NCBI GenBank assembly: GCA_032718475.1
Contig: JAUCBJ010005264.1
Span: 1 to 64,000 of the forward strand
DNA from: Nemertoderma westbladi
Lineage: Eukaryota; Animalia; Xenacoelomorpha
DNA length: 64,000 nucleotides
Direction: 5' to 3'
In this document: positions 12,647 to 25,235 of the stretch, in pieces
Position numbering within the stretch: position 1 is the stretch's first letter
Layout of the letters: the number at the start of each line of letters is the position of its first letter
Notes under the pieces: generated by a model
Told to the model about the DNA's origin: nothing
What the model saw: the letters and a program-made list of their open reading frames with translations, nothing else
The model's database searches: none
Made by a program: the position numbers and the translations under genes

Positions 12647-13809
12647 TCTTGCTATTACCAGATAGAAAATGGAAATATTACAGTAGGCCTATTATATAAT
12701 ACCGGTACCGGTATTGTAAAAAAATATTAGCTCAATACAGCAATACGCAATAGGCAGATAGGGGCCTACACCAATACTCTGATACCTTGATACTGTAATA
12801 ATTAATAGTACTGTAAGGGTAGGGTAGGCCTAGTACAGTAGTATGTTTTATTGACCAAATTACAGAAATTACTTTACTCTGTTGTGGTTTTAGTACGAAA
12901 ATAGCCTAATAATATTAGGCCTATCCTTGGCCTTGCACCTTGCAGCCTTCCCGAGACTGGCATAATCAGCACAGATGTAGAAGACGCAGTACAGGTACTG
13001 TACTGGGCGTGTAGATACCGTTAAGCCGTTTCAACTATTACTCAGTTACTGCCGGCGCGGCACTATTAGGCCTATTAATAATAAACCTGTATTGCTGTAT
13101 TGTATAGACATAGACAATATCTGAATATGGCTGTGTTCAGTCTCAGTGGTGTTGTATTGTAAAAATTGTGTATTATTATGGCAGTATTGTATTATATGAT
13201 ATTTGTTTGTATTGTAATGATATATATTCTAATGTTACCTATTGATAGTAAAATGTACAAACAATATAAAATATTAGGCTTATAGCACATAGCAGTACCG
13301 GAATATGGAATACAGGTATATCTGCAGGTACTGTACAGTACAGCAGTAATAATACAGTAATATTGAAATCAGCTGATATATATAATGTTTCACAAAAATT
13401 CCCTATAGGGGCTGTTGCGCTGTCAGTCAGAGAGGTAACAGCCCATGGGGTAAGGATTTACCCATGGGGCTCTAACTATCAGATAGTCTGATACCAACTG
13501 TCAGACAGTCTTTTTCAGCTATCAGATAGATGATCGCCCAGTTACAAGTTGCCCGATAGTTGTATTTTTTAAACCCGGAGTGTTGTTGACGGAGTCTGTT
13601 ACTTCCGAAATCGTTGATCGTGGTGCCGGTGCCGGAATTCTGGCTTTGATTAAAAACACTGAACTGCTAAACGATGGCGGAATCTACGAAACCCGGCCGG
13701 ATTCCTAATCCGAGGAGGCGACGGAGTCAATTAAACGTAACAATGAAACGATCGCGATGGACAATGGACTGATGGAGTCTATTCAATGTATCCAGAACGA
13801 TACGATGGC

Positions 13810-14280
13810 GGCGGAGTCTATTACAGTATTAAACACGCATCCAAAGCGATCAGATGATGGCGAAGTAATCTACAAAACAGAGAACGACAGTCTGACAGTA
13901 AGGCGATTGTGTTTCTGAGCTAATTAAACCCAGTAAGATGTGCATAGCGAAGCGATCGAGACGGATAACGGAGTCTATTACAGTATTAAACACGCAACCA
14001 AAGCGATCAGACGATGGCGAAGTAATCTACAAAACAGAGAACGACAGGAAGGCGATGGAGTTTCTGCGTTAATTAAACCCAGTAAGATGTGCATAGCGAA
14101 GCGATCGAGACGGATAACGGAGTCTATTACAGTATTAAACACGCAACCAAAGCGATCAGACGATGGCGAAGTAATCTACAAAACAGAGAACGACAGGAAG
14201 GCGATGGAGTTTATTAAACCCAGTAAGATGGTGCATAGCGAAGCGATCGAGACGGATAACGGAGTCTATTACAGAATTAA
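13810..14280. repeat. About three tandem copies of a ~150-160 bp unit
   Basis: CGGAGTCTATTACAGTATTAAACACGCA...GGCGAAGTAATCTACAAAACAGAGAACGACAG recurs at ~13812, ~13969 and ~14119, with a partial copy at ~14260. Confidence 0.85.
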
Positions 14281-15203
14281 ACCTGGAACGAAGACGGTGG
14301 AATCTATAGGCCTAAACCTGGAACAATGCGAACAAGGCTACTCTAAAGTTAGACTAGACTGGTTTGTGAGATTAACTTGCCAATACTAACTCAATACAAT
14401 TTGCTTTCTTCGAATTCCTAATAATATATTTTAATCTTAATAATAAATTATTCAACATCAATTATTTTATAAGTCTTGTCAATGTATAAGATTTCTAAAG
14501 ACTAAAGAGCTAACTTTAGGAAGATCTGCCTTATATTTTTAGAATTATTATAATTAATTTTGTTATGTTTATAATGAATTGTATCTTTTGACAGACTACT
14601 TGATGTGCGACCGTGATAATAAAATTAAATGGTGCCGAAATATTTTCACTTACTTAACTGCAGGGGGGGGGGGGGGGCAATCAATATTCTTCCCTCTCCA
14701 GGTGAAAATCGACGCAAATAACAGCTTGTTTACTACTAAAATAAAACTGCATCCTGTTCTATAGGAAAAAACATTATAGGGGAAACTTTAGCAAGTTGTG
14801 TTTATTTTAGCCGATAGACAAGATTACATGTTTACCAAGTTTGGTATAATTTAGTCAAAGATTGAATAAGTTACGATTTAAATTATCAGTGGAGGGTGAA
14901 GGCGCCGGGCCAGGATTCAGTTATACTTGAATAAAGAATAGTGATTAAACCAAGCAGCCAAGGGATACGCGATATATGACACTGCTGTATAAGTTCATTG
15001 AATGACTGTTGATTTCGAAACATTTAATTCAAAACTATATAAATGTTAATATAATATTGGATTTTTTTTTTGTAATAATAATTGACAGATTAATTATATT
15101 TCATTAATTTATTTTTTTTATCTAATCACATTAAATAACGAAGCACAGAAATAATACTAAGATTGAATATTTAATTGAAGGTACAGTACCGAATTGAATA
15201 TTT

Positions 15204-15407
15204 GAATGGGAGAATCTTTTAGGCTCGTTAAGCCAAGGAATGCCTGTTCAACACCATGGGTGATCTTTCACAGTAAACCCTTCCACTCTGTTTCCCAAGT
15301 TGCCTTGGTTCCCAATCGACCACTGAAGGATAAAAGCCGGGGTTGGGCTAGGCTGCAGCATTTAAAGCACTGTGCCCAAACAGTACTGCTCCATCTAGGG
15401 ATCGAAC
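15204..15407 (-). mobile_element. 5'-truncated copy of the tRNA-derived Deu/Nin-core SINE
   Basis: Homologous to 17553-18379, with a single copy of the 63-bp segment. Truncated at the B box. Flanked by direct repeat ATTGAATATTT (15193-15203 and 15408-15418). Confidence 0.8.
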
Positions 15408-15419
15408 ATTGAATATTTG

Positions 15420-15852
15420 AGATTGCATAAGATAGAGTATTGAATATTGAATATCTTCGGCCGTCATCCCGTTGGTGACTGCATTGGCAACCATTTCGAC
15501 AGTTTCGATTGGTTTCGGCTCTTCAGTCCCCGAATAGACCGATGGTCGGTGTGGTTGCTGTCCCCATGACTGAGGCTGCATTACCAACCAAAATTGCCAT
15601 CTCCAGGCGTTGGAGCAGAAACTGGTGTGACCGCGGTTCGTGGGTGGCACTGTGGAGACGAGCCCCGATCTCCCGGAGGAAGGTGGATGTCTCTGGACCA
15701 GGGCGGCCAAAGGTCTCAAAGGCCACGGGGTGAAATAAATGGCCCCGGTCCATTAGGTCGCGATACTTAGAGTTTGTAATGCGCTCCGCCCCCTTAGCTG
15801 AGTGCCCCTCGGCAATGATGGTTTGTTGAAGGTGGCTGGGGGCCAGTGGATC
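15420..15852 (-). mobile_element. 3' end of a CRE-clade non-LTR retrotransposon (restriction-like endonuclease domain plus tail)
   Basis: DPLAPSHL...SAKGAERITNSKYRDL...FHPVAFETFGRPGPETSTFLREIGARL...FLLQRLEMAILVGNAASVMGT (15852-15523), followed by an ATTCAAT-repeat tail. Confidence 0.8.
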
Positions 15853-16884
15853 TAGTAATAATTAACGCAAAGATATGATTAGGTAGGCCTACGTGATATT
15901 ACTGTATTAATTTCTCAAACCAAACCTCCATTGACGTCAAATATATCCAATTTCTCAATCCATACTAATCCGTATGTAATAATGCAGTAATGTACACTGT
16001 AATGCAATACCGGTAATGTCAATGTCCAACCAAACAATGCGTTGAGTGTTATCGGACCAGCCTCCGAGAAATGTTAGGCTAACGGCACCTCGCTCTGTCG
16101 CATCAGTTTTTGTAGTGGTCTAGTTCCAGGCTACCAGAATCCGTTAGGCCTAGTGCATGATATAGAATCAGCACATCCTGACATCTGTGCAACTCCTGAA
16201 CTCACGCGAGCATTTTACAGATGGATGGTGGTCTAATTTATATGGTCTTGTACCGCGAAACCGTGTATTATTTACAGATGTAGGCTAAATTTCGGGTCTT
16301 GTACCGTGCACAGTACTGGTGGGCCTACACAGCTACTGCTATTTTGCCTAATACAGTACCCAGAGGTAAATCCTTACCCTACAGGCTGTTACCTCTCTGA
16401 CTGACAGCGCAACAGCCCTCTCTCAAAATTCCTGGTAACACTGATAATACTTACTGTAGGCAAATTTCTCTCTAGAATGAGTCACAGCTTATCTCTGATT
16501 GGCTAAACCCACAATGGCAGTAGATTGAAGTGCGTGGGTGTCAGCTACAATTACAACCGTCCTCAATCACCCTACATACATTGTAGAATGTATAAGCCAC
16601 CGCCCAGAGGCGGATTAGATTAGATACAATGTAGTTTTGATTTATCCCTTAGGCTAAATTAACTGCAATCTCTAAATAAAATGTTACAGGCCACCTACGG
16701 GATTCGACTATCTCTAAATGCGGAAATGTTAGTCAAAAGATATCTACTACAAGTTATAATTACCCTATAATTAAATTGTCGATCTCCCTCCTTAGAGTGG
16801 ACGGTGGTGGGCGTTACGTGATAGACTAACAACTGCTGCTGCCTGGCCCTGGTCATAAAAGGCCAGTTTTACAGTATTGACTAT

Positions 16885-16984
16885 TTAAAGTCGGGATCCC
16901 GAGATAATAAGTCGGGATCTATCTCGGGATCCCGGCTTATTATGTAGATTAAAAATGGTGAGATATCCCTTTAGGGGCTCCGTA
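16885..16984. mobile_element. Solo end of the IS3EU-like MITE family
   Basis: TCCCTTTAGGGGCTCCGTA matches the right terminus of the element at 38953-39464. Confidence 0.6.
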
Positions 16985-17552
16985 GTATTGATATTGAGTT
17001 TCTTAATATACATATTATGTGGGGGGGGGGGGGGGGGGGGGTGGGGAAATCCTATTTTAGGTGAATTAATATCTCGCCTCAATGTAAAATTCCTAATTTA
17101 GGGAAAGGAGCAGGTTAAATTGGGCACGTCATTCTAACCAAAACAATAAACAAAAGTCAACAAAAATGAGCAGGTTACAGTTTTTGGTAGTAATCAGCTG
17201 TTATTTGCGTCGAATTTCACCTGGAAAGAAATAAATTTCGGTTGCGTCGAAAGTCCCCCCCCCCCCCCCTCCCCCTATCTGAATTTATTTTATTCCATGT
17301 ACACTGTACAGTACATTGTGGTCATTCTGGCCCATGTGAATAATACCAGACTTTCTGAAGTTATATTTCACTTTGCAGTTACCCGATGTGAAGAATTCCA
17401 GGTTTTCACCAAAAACACAGGTTACAGAAGGGCTGAATCTAACCAAAACAATAATCGAATTAGTATATGTACAGGTTATATTTAAGACAGAAATAAGCGC
17501 TATAAAACACTTAATAAAGATAAAATTAAAAAAATTAAAAATCTTCATATAT

Positions 17553-18379
17553 GAATGGGGGAATCTTTTAGGCTCGTTGAGCCAAGGAATGCCTGTTCAC
17601 CACCGTGGGTGATCTTCCACAATAAACCCTTCCATTCTGTTTCCTAAAGGAATGCCTGTTCACCACCATGGGTGATCTTCCACAGTAAACCGTTCCACTC
17701 TGTTTCCTAAAGGAATGCCTGTTCACCACCATGGGTGATCTTCCACGGTAAACCCTTCCACTCTGTTTCCTAAAGGAATGCCTGTTCACCACCATGGGTG
17801 ATCTTCCACGGTAAACCCTTCCACTCTGTTTCCTAAAGGAATGCCTGTTCACCACCATGGGTGATCTTCCACAGTAAACCCTTCCACTCTGTTTCCTAAA
17901 GGAATGCCTGTTCACCACCATGGGTGATCTTCCACGGTAAACCCTTCCACTCTGTTTCCTAAAGGAATACCTGTTCACCACCATGGGTGATCTTCCACAG
18001 TAAACCGTTCCACTCTGTTTCCTAAAGGAATGCCTGTTCACCACCATGGGTGATCTTCCACAGTAAACCCTTCCACTCTGTTTCCTAAAGGAATACCTGT
18101 TCACCACCATGGGTGATCTTCCACAGTAAACCGTTCCACTCGGTTTCCTAAAGGAATACCTGTTCACCACCATGGGTGATCTTCCACAGTAAACCCTTCC
18201 ACTCTGTTTCCCAAGTTGCCTTGGTTCCCATTTATCGACCACTGAAGGATGAAAGCCAGGGTTGCGCTAGGCTGCAGCATTTAAAGCACTGTGCCCAAAC
18301 AGTGCTGCCCAATCTAGGGATCGAACCAGGGCTCCCTAATTGGAAGCCCAGGAATGTCACCACTAGACCAAGCTGCCAC
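17553..18379 (-). mobile_element. Full-length tRNA-derived SINE with Deu/Nin-like core and a tenfold internal 63-bp tandem amplification
   Basis: A box TGGTCTAGTGG, B box GGTTCGATCCC, core CTTTCATCCTTCAGTGGTCGATAAATGGGAACC. 12-bp TSD ATCTTCATATAT at 17541-17552 and 18380-18391. Confidence 0.85.
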
Positions 18380-19867
18380 ATCTTCATATATAAAATTCCA
18401 ATAAAAAGTCGACCGAAAAGTGGAATCCTGGTATTCTTCACATGGGTGGTTACTGGTTATTCTACTTTACAATCATATATATATACCCTGATGAAAATTA
18501 AAGTAGTGCTACTAAGTTCTTGTTGTCTGCTTGATATCTGCTTGTATATTTGTCAAACCGAGAAACCATGTTCTTTTTTAAATATTTTGTAAATGCTTAA
18601 AAAATAACTAACAATTTTGAATTTTGGCAAGTTTTATAGTTCTTGATAAAATTGCAACTTTTATTTTGACTGACACTTTTGATAAATTTGGGTTAAGTAT
18701 TTGACAAATAACTAACAAATACTGTATGATGAATTATAGAAAATGATTAATACTTGCAATTTTTCTTTCAACTGTCACTTTTATTTTGGATTCGGATAGC
18801 TTTGGATTTTTAGATCGCTCCGTTGGGAACGCCACAACTGCGGATCACACTACTATGAAGCGATTACAATGATATTCATTCTAAGGAGTCTTAACCCACC
18901 GGATATCAATCAAGAGGACGGAAGGTGAAGAACATAGTGGTGCTGACTGATGAGATGTCAGATGTTGAATCTCTAGTGTTACAGTACTATTATTGAAGGT
19001 AATGGCGCCATGGCCACTGTTGATTCGGATGTGGTGGTACCGGTAGTAATAATCGCATGTATAAGATCATGTTAGGTAACAAGCGACTTCTACAAAAGTC
19101 TATATTTTTTGCCTTTGTTCTACCTATTCATCTTCCTTATTGCTAAACTGTATGAGTGTATGCCGAGTAACTGTAATAGCCGAGTGACGCGAATTTTTAT
19201 TGGCTACAGAACTTAGTAATTACTTTATTGTAATATATTATCGCAAAAGCATATTTGTAGTATCATGTATTAACGATACTGAGCATGATTAGAATAATAT
19301 TAGTCGTTCATTATTTAGTTCAAGGTGTTTATGAATTATTTAGAATTATTGTTCGTGCGAAAATTGAAAGTTGATTTGTTTGATTCATACAGTGTCACAA
19401 CTTAGAAAACACAGGGCTTCCAGAGTTATTTAACTATATTCGAATATTATAGGTGGAGTGTGTTTTTAGGCTATAAGCGGATATTGCTACATATTTGGAA
19501 TCCTTTCAACGCAAGCTTTCTATTGATGTGAAAAAAATTACGACTAAAGTAAAGAATGGCAATGATACAGAGGGTGCGATTTCACAAAAGACACTTTTTT
19601 AAAACGCTTATAAATAAAATTTAAAGGCGAAATCGAAAATTCCGGCTTCATGGTAACAACCACGGTGAGTTAAACTAGTTGTGTTTCAAATTTCAAGCAA
19701 TATGATAAAGATTTGTAGAAAAAATTGGGGGGGGGGGGGCACGGACCCCCCGTCCGTGTCATCAGAAAATGACACTATATTACGGGTCATTGTGTACTAT
19801 ATCAATAATATATACAATCATATATACAATCATTTCGCAATGTTACAATTTTGGAATAAAACTACAT

Positions 19868-19997
19868 ACATACTTGGTGCAAAGTACTTTACAGTGTTCT
19901 GATCCTCGTGGATTATTTTCACTCACTCACTAACGTTCGTTCGTGTAACAAAGCCACTCGGATTATCACACTACGCTACTTTACACACAAGTATGTA
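19868..19997. mobile_element. Small palindromic MITE-like element
   Basis: TACATACTTGGTGCAAAGTA ... TACTTTACACACAAGTATGTA imperfect inverted ends. Confidence 0.5.
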
Positions 19998-20632
19998 ATT
20001 ACTAATTTGTAATCTTTTCAACAACGCCTTTCCATTGGTGTAACAAATCACAATAAGGACGAACAATAATTGCGGTGCGACAGGTGCAATGTTTAATTAC
20101 TTATTGAACAATAGTATATTTTAATAATAAATTATGATAATAAGGATGATATTAACAATAAAATTACATATTGTACGGTAAATAATAAACGCAATTATTT
20201 ACCATAATGATGTAAATAAGTCAGATCCAGCTGACTTATTTACCTCCATCGCTGCGGTCGTCGGTAAATAAGAGATCTCGGGGGGTCAAACGCTAAATAT
20301 ATCATATTTTATATATATTTTCAATATATACTGTAGTTATTATTTGGTTATACAGTACTATGTAAATATAACAAATTTTATTCTACGTACATTTACGCAA
20401 AGTGTCATTTTAAATAATTCATAATTTAGGCATACTTATACTACGCCTACCTGGTGTGACACAATGACGTTCGATAATAAAACCAGAGTTCATCCTCAGC
20501 AAATACCCAGCCCGGTTTCAGGCCGTTCGAGACTCAAATTGAGTCGACATACTTCATTTTAAATGAACTGTATAATTGAGTAATAGCCTCTTAATTCAAC
20601 TCTCAATTACAAATCCTTTCGAATGAGTTACA

Positions 20633-21340
20633 GTACTATATGAGCTAATGAGCTACTATATGAGCTAATGAGCTACTATATGAGCTAATGAGCTACTATA
20701 TGAGCTAATGAGCTACTATATGAGCTAATGTGTTACTATATGAGCTAATGAGCTACTATATGAGCTAAAGTGTTACTATATGAGCTAATGTGTTACTATA
20801 TGAGCTAATGAGCTACTATATGAGCTAATGAGCTACTATATGAGCTAATGAGCTACTATATGAGCTAATGCGTTACTATATGAGCTAATGAGCTACTATA
20901 TGAGCTAATGTTTTACTATATGAGCTAATGAGCTACTATATGAGCTAATGAGTTACTATATGAGCTAATGAGCTACTATATGAGCTAATGAGCTACTATA
21001 TGAGCTAATGAGCTACTATATGAGCTAATGTGTTACTATATGAGCTAATGAGCTACTATATGAGCTAATGAGCTACTATATGAGCTAATGAGCTACTATA
21101 TGAGCTAATGAGCTACTATATGAGCTAATGAGCTACTATATGAGCTAATGAGCTACTATATGAGCTAATGCGTTACTATATGAGCTAATGAGCTACTATA
21201 TGAGCTAATGTGTTACTATATGAGCTAATGAGCTACTATATGAGCTAATGAGTTACTATATGAGCTAATGAGCTACTATATGAGCTAATGAGCTACTATA
21301 TGAGCTAATGAGCTACTATATGAGCTAATGAGCTACTATA
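20633..21340. repeat. 20-bp minisatellite (GAGCTACTATATGAGCTAAT)n, ~35 copies
   Basis: Direct 20-bp periodicity. Confidence 0.97.
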
Positions 21341-22082
21341 CAGTACGTATTTTTTGAGTTTGTGGTTCAGCCTGTAGGGGGAGGGGGGGGGGGGTCATTG
21401 TGTTAGACCCGGTACATACTGTACATTGTTTAAACTCATTAACTCATGTACATCGTGTCAATCCTTTTTAAATTTTGTTATACAACATACATTGTGCCTA
21501 CTGCGTATATTCTTTAGTACATTAATTGTTAAGATTTTACACTATATTTCTACATCATCTATCAGTGATATAAAGTGTACACTTCGACTATTCGTAACTC
21601 CCATTTATTATAACTACTGCGTCGTGTATGTATTAATGATTAATCCATTGTGACGGACGAAATCTTGACAAATTTCGTCAGACAGACATGATGACGCAAG
21701 TTTATTTATGACAAGTTATACATACACAAACACATAGCGAAACTCAATCAATACCACACATTAATACAACGAACACGTCCTCAGTAATTATTCACATATG
21801 GGTCATCATGGCATCACATGATGATAAAAGTAAATTCCTATTGGTAGCTGCACATTGTAGATAATAATTATGTGAGTAAAGGAATGCGGAAATGGTTATT
21901 CACTACCAGGGTATTTTGGCAAGACTTAGGCAAATTATATTCCAGGAATCTTGATAAAATAATTATAGCTAGTGCACGCAGTTTTTATTATCAATAATTA
22001 TTTAATGCGTAACTTTATCTTTAAAATATTCGGTTTTGGTGGATATTGTCAAATAGAGTGACAACCAGATTCCTCTAGCATA

Positions 22083-23510
22083 ATGTCGTATGATTGTATT
22101 GACTATGTTGGGTCTTCAGTTGTTTTAACAGATAACAAAACATCGTCGCTACCCCACCGTTGCAAAGTCAAAGGAAATAAACATATTTATTCGGCAGACT
22201 CCGTCTTTGTTGAATATATATGCGGAGTCTGTGGATATATATTAGAGGAACCCGTACAGACCCCATGCGGCCATCGGTTATGCAATGATTGTAGTAAATC
22301 CACATTATATTCCGCTGTAGAGAAAACCGGGAGATGCCCGGAATGCTTCGAAATCTTCCGTCTAGACCAACTAAACCGAGATAGATCGTGCGAGCGGGAA
22401 ATACGTAGTTTAACTATAAGTTGTAGTAACGAGGGTTGTTATTACGAGGGGACTTTAACCCAGCTGGAAACCCATTCGGAAATATGTAATCAACCTGTTC
22501 CTATGCCAACTAGTACCTCTGCAGAAAGTAAACTCTCTCAATTAAATTTAAACGACTCTAGTAACTTCTTTACATCGACAAATTTACCCAATACCATCAA
22601 TATAGAAAGTAATGATGATGTTATTGGTGATATTCAACGTAAAGAAACTTATTGTTCTAGAACAAGTGAAGGATCTTATGGTAGTTGTGTTTATCCAACT
22701 TGTGAAAAAGTTCAAAATGGAAGCGGAAATCGTAAACAGTTTGGTTGTTGCCATGAGCAACTACTTCCTATAGTAAACGAGTTAAAGGATCAAGTTAATC
22801 GGTTGGAGATAAAGTTATCGTCCAATGAAACAGCAGCAATACAGACCCCGCAGACCCATAATGTACAAAAACAATCACCTAAGAGACGAAAAGGGAATTG
22901 GGCACATAAGAAACTCCCCAACAACTCTAAAGAAACCGCGGATATTTTGGAACAGATTGGTTACCTAGAAACCAAACTGGAACAAATTGAACAATCGTTG
23001 TCCCGCCCAAATCCTCAACCACTATCAACCAATGGAACCGTTTTGATAAAGTTAGGCGATTTTTTGGGTAAAATCTTACCGGAAGCGCAATCCGGTATAG
23101 TAACGCGAATTTCATCCGAGCAGTTCTATACCAGTCGCTATGGTTACAAACTAATAGCACACATTTACCCTAATGGCGACGGATCCGGGAGGAATTCTCA
23201 TCTTTCTGTATTTATTTGCGTGTTAAAATCCGAATTCGATCAAATTCAAAAATGGCCTTTCAGCCAAGAGATTTCAGTGACCATTCTCGACCAAACTAAT
23301 CGCACGGATCACCTAATAAACGTTCTGCGATCGGAGATTCCAGATCATCCTAGTTTCTCGCGACCAGTAACTGAGGGTAACAATGGATTCGGAGTCCCAA
23401 CATTGTTAGACTTAAAGATCTTATTTAAGAGACCCAATTGTTACCTTGGTAACAACGATACTCTGTATATATTGGTTAATGTGGAACCAACTGTTGACAA
23501 GGTGCAATGA
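22083..23510 (+). CDS. TRAF: TNF receptor-associated factor (TRAF family), single coding exon, 475 aa
   Basis: RING CGVCGYILEEPVQTPCGHRLCNDC...CPEC, zf-TRAF CSNEGCYYEGTLTQLETHSEIC, coiled coil, and MATH domain FYTSRYGYKL..IYPNGDGSGRNSHLSVFICVLKSEFD....WPF. The paralogue number cannot be resolved. Confidence 0.95.
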   Translation: MSYDCIDYVGSSVVLTDNKTSSLPHRCKVKGNKHIYSADSVFVEYICGVCGYILEEPVQTPCGHRLCNDCSKSTLYSAVEKTGRCPECFEIFRLDQLNRDRSCEREIRSLTISCSNEGCYYEGTLTQLETHSEICNQPVPMPTSTSAESKLSQLNLNDSSNFFTSTNLPNTINIESNDDVIGDIQRKETYCSRTSEGSYGSCVYPTCEKVQNGSGNRKQFGCCHEQLLPIVNELKDQVNRLEIKLSSNETAAIQTPQTHNVQKQSPKRRKGNWAHKKLPNNSKETADILEQIGYLETKLEQIEQSLSRPNPQPLSTNGTVLIKLGDFLGKILPEAQSGIVTRISSEQFYTSRYGYKLIAHIYPNGDGSGRNSHLSVFICVLKSEFDQIQKWPFSQEISVTILDQTNRTDHLINVLRSEIPDHPSFSRPVTEGNNGFGVPTLLDLKILFKRPNCYLGNNDTLYILVNVEPTVDKVQ

Positions 23511-24535
23511 TTAACGAAATTAAGAAGTAATCATTGTGGGGCGAGCCACGATGTCTGTGAGTCTTAACATTCAGTTTAGTGGTGACCAAATCGTCATTGG
23601 CGGTCTGCATGTCTGTCCGACTCAATGCTTCAAGATCAATCATCTTAATAGCGGCTCACTGAAATGTGTTGGTTTGATTGTAGTAGCGAAAATGTTTAGC
23701 TACTGTTAGTAATTGGCACCCCGAATCTCACTATGCAATGCCTATTTATTTGGATCGATAAGGTTTACTAACTAATTCCTAATTTATTCAGCTCTAACAT
23801 CTCGCGGTTGAACTCTCATCCATATTTCAACGTCACTCATTCGTACCACCTCCATATTCTGTTGAACTTTTATAATAATATATCTATTTCAATGCCACCT
23901 CTCGCCCTCCTCTGCATTAAAGCTTTGTAGATCGAGCTATTGGATTAATTATGATTAGGCCGGGGGGGGGGGGGGTCTATATAATCATTTATTTTATGGC
24001 CCCGGGAATTTTCTTTATTTAAAACTGACCTTTACATGTATTTTTACCGATCAGCGATCAGCACATTGAGTAATATTATTGATATTTATTAATATTTCCC
24101 GCGGGTAATTTCTATTATAGCTGACTATATAAGACTCATAATAATCTTCTTTATAATAATATTAATTTGATTTATTTGATTTGAATCTGTAGTTCCCATT
24201 GGTGTTTCTGTTTGTCATCATTCATGTTTATGATATATTTCGGTATTGATTGAATTTGTTATTGAAAATGTATTGCGTTTTATTATAAAATAGTTAGTTA
24301 AACAGAACTTTGGATCGACAAACACGGCGAATTGACACCAGTAACCAACATTATCAGTAGTTCTATCAACTGTGTTAGTTGGTAGTCCCCCACCTAACCT
24401 AACCTAACATACATTGCCTACTACAGTGCACCAATCATACTTGGGATTGTTTACATGTTGGGTGTCCGCTGCCTTGGCAACTCAACACCACATCGATCAG
24501 TCATGTAACTCCAGAATTCATCTGCGTTATCAGCA

Positions 24536-25225
24536 CCCTCTACCCCCCACCCTATACCCCCCGCCACCTACCCCACACCCTCTACCCCCCACCCTCTACC
24601 CCTACCCTCTACCCCACACCCTCTACCCCCACCCTACCCCTGCCCCTACCCCACACCCTCTACCCCCCACCCCTCCCCTACCCTCTACCCCACACCCTCT
24701 ACCCCCCACCCTATACCCCCCGCCACCTACCCCCACCCTCTACCCCCCACCCTCTACCCCTCCCCTACCCCACACCCTCTACCCCCCACCCTCTACCCCC
24801 CCACTCTGCCCCCCACCCCTGTACCCCCACCCTCTACCCCACATCCTCTACCCACCACCCGATACCCCCCGCCACCTACCCCATCCTCCCCCACCCTCTA
24901 CCCTACACCCTCTACCCCTCACCCTATACCCCCCCCACTCTACCCCACCCCTACCCCTACCCTACCCCCCACCCTCTGCCCCCCACCCCTACCCCCACCC
25001 TCTACCCCACACCCTCTACCCACCACCCGATACCCCCCGCCACCTACCCCCATCCTCTACCCCCACCCTCTACCATCTCCCCACCCTCGGCCCCCCACCC
25101 TACACTCTTTACCCTACTCCCTCTACCCCACACCCCCTACCCCCCACCTTCTACCCTCTACCCCCCACCTTCTACCCTCTACCCCCCACACTCTGCCCCC
25201 CCCCCACCCCTGTGCCCCCACCCTT
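24536..25225. repeat. C-rich (minus-strand G-rich) low-complexity minisatellite, CCCTCTACCCCCCAC-like units
   Basis: Direct reading. It begins a few bases after the minus-strand donor at 25235. Confidence 0.9.
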
Positions 25226-25235
25226 TCAAACTCAC

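Larger units (their letters stand above)
13409..16418. mobile_element. Non-autonomous TIR DNA element (~3 kb) with nested retroelement fragments
   Basis: GGGCTGTTGCGCTGTCAGTCAGAGAGGTAACAGCC..GGGTAAGGATTTACC at 13409 is inverted at ~16358-16418. No clear TSD. Confidence 0.7.

Noticed and set aside
14660-17275. Inverted pair at ~14660-14760 and ~17168-17275 as TIRs of one element
   Set aside because: It interleaves with the 13409-16418 TIR pair and has no defined termini or TSD. More likely two independent fragments of one repeat family.
17568-18242. 224-aa ORF with 21-aa repeats
   Set aside because: Read-through of the 63-bp amplification inside a SINE.
18300-18379. Possible tRNA gene; weaker A/B-box traces also at ~1137-1190 and ~49287-49345
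   Set aside because: A and B boxes are present, but I could not build a convincing cloverleaf. The first is a SINE head and the others are degenerate repeat fragments.
18790-19050. GC-richer, coding-looking patch
   Set aside because: I found no sustained open frame, convincing splice-site pair or recognisable motif.
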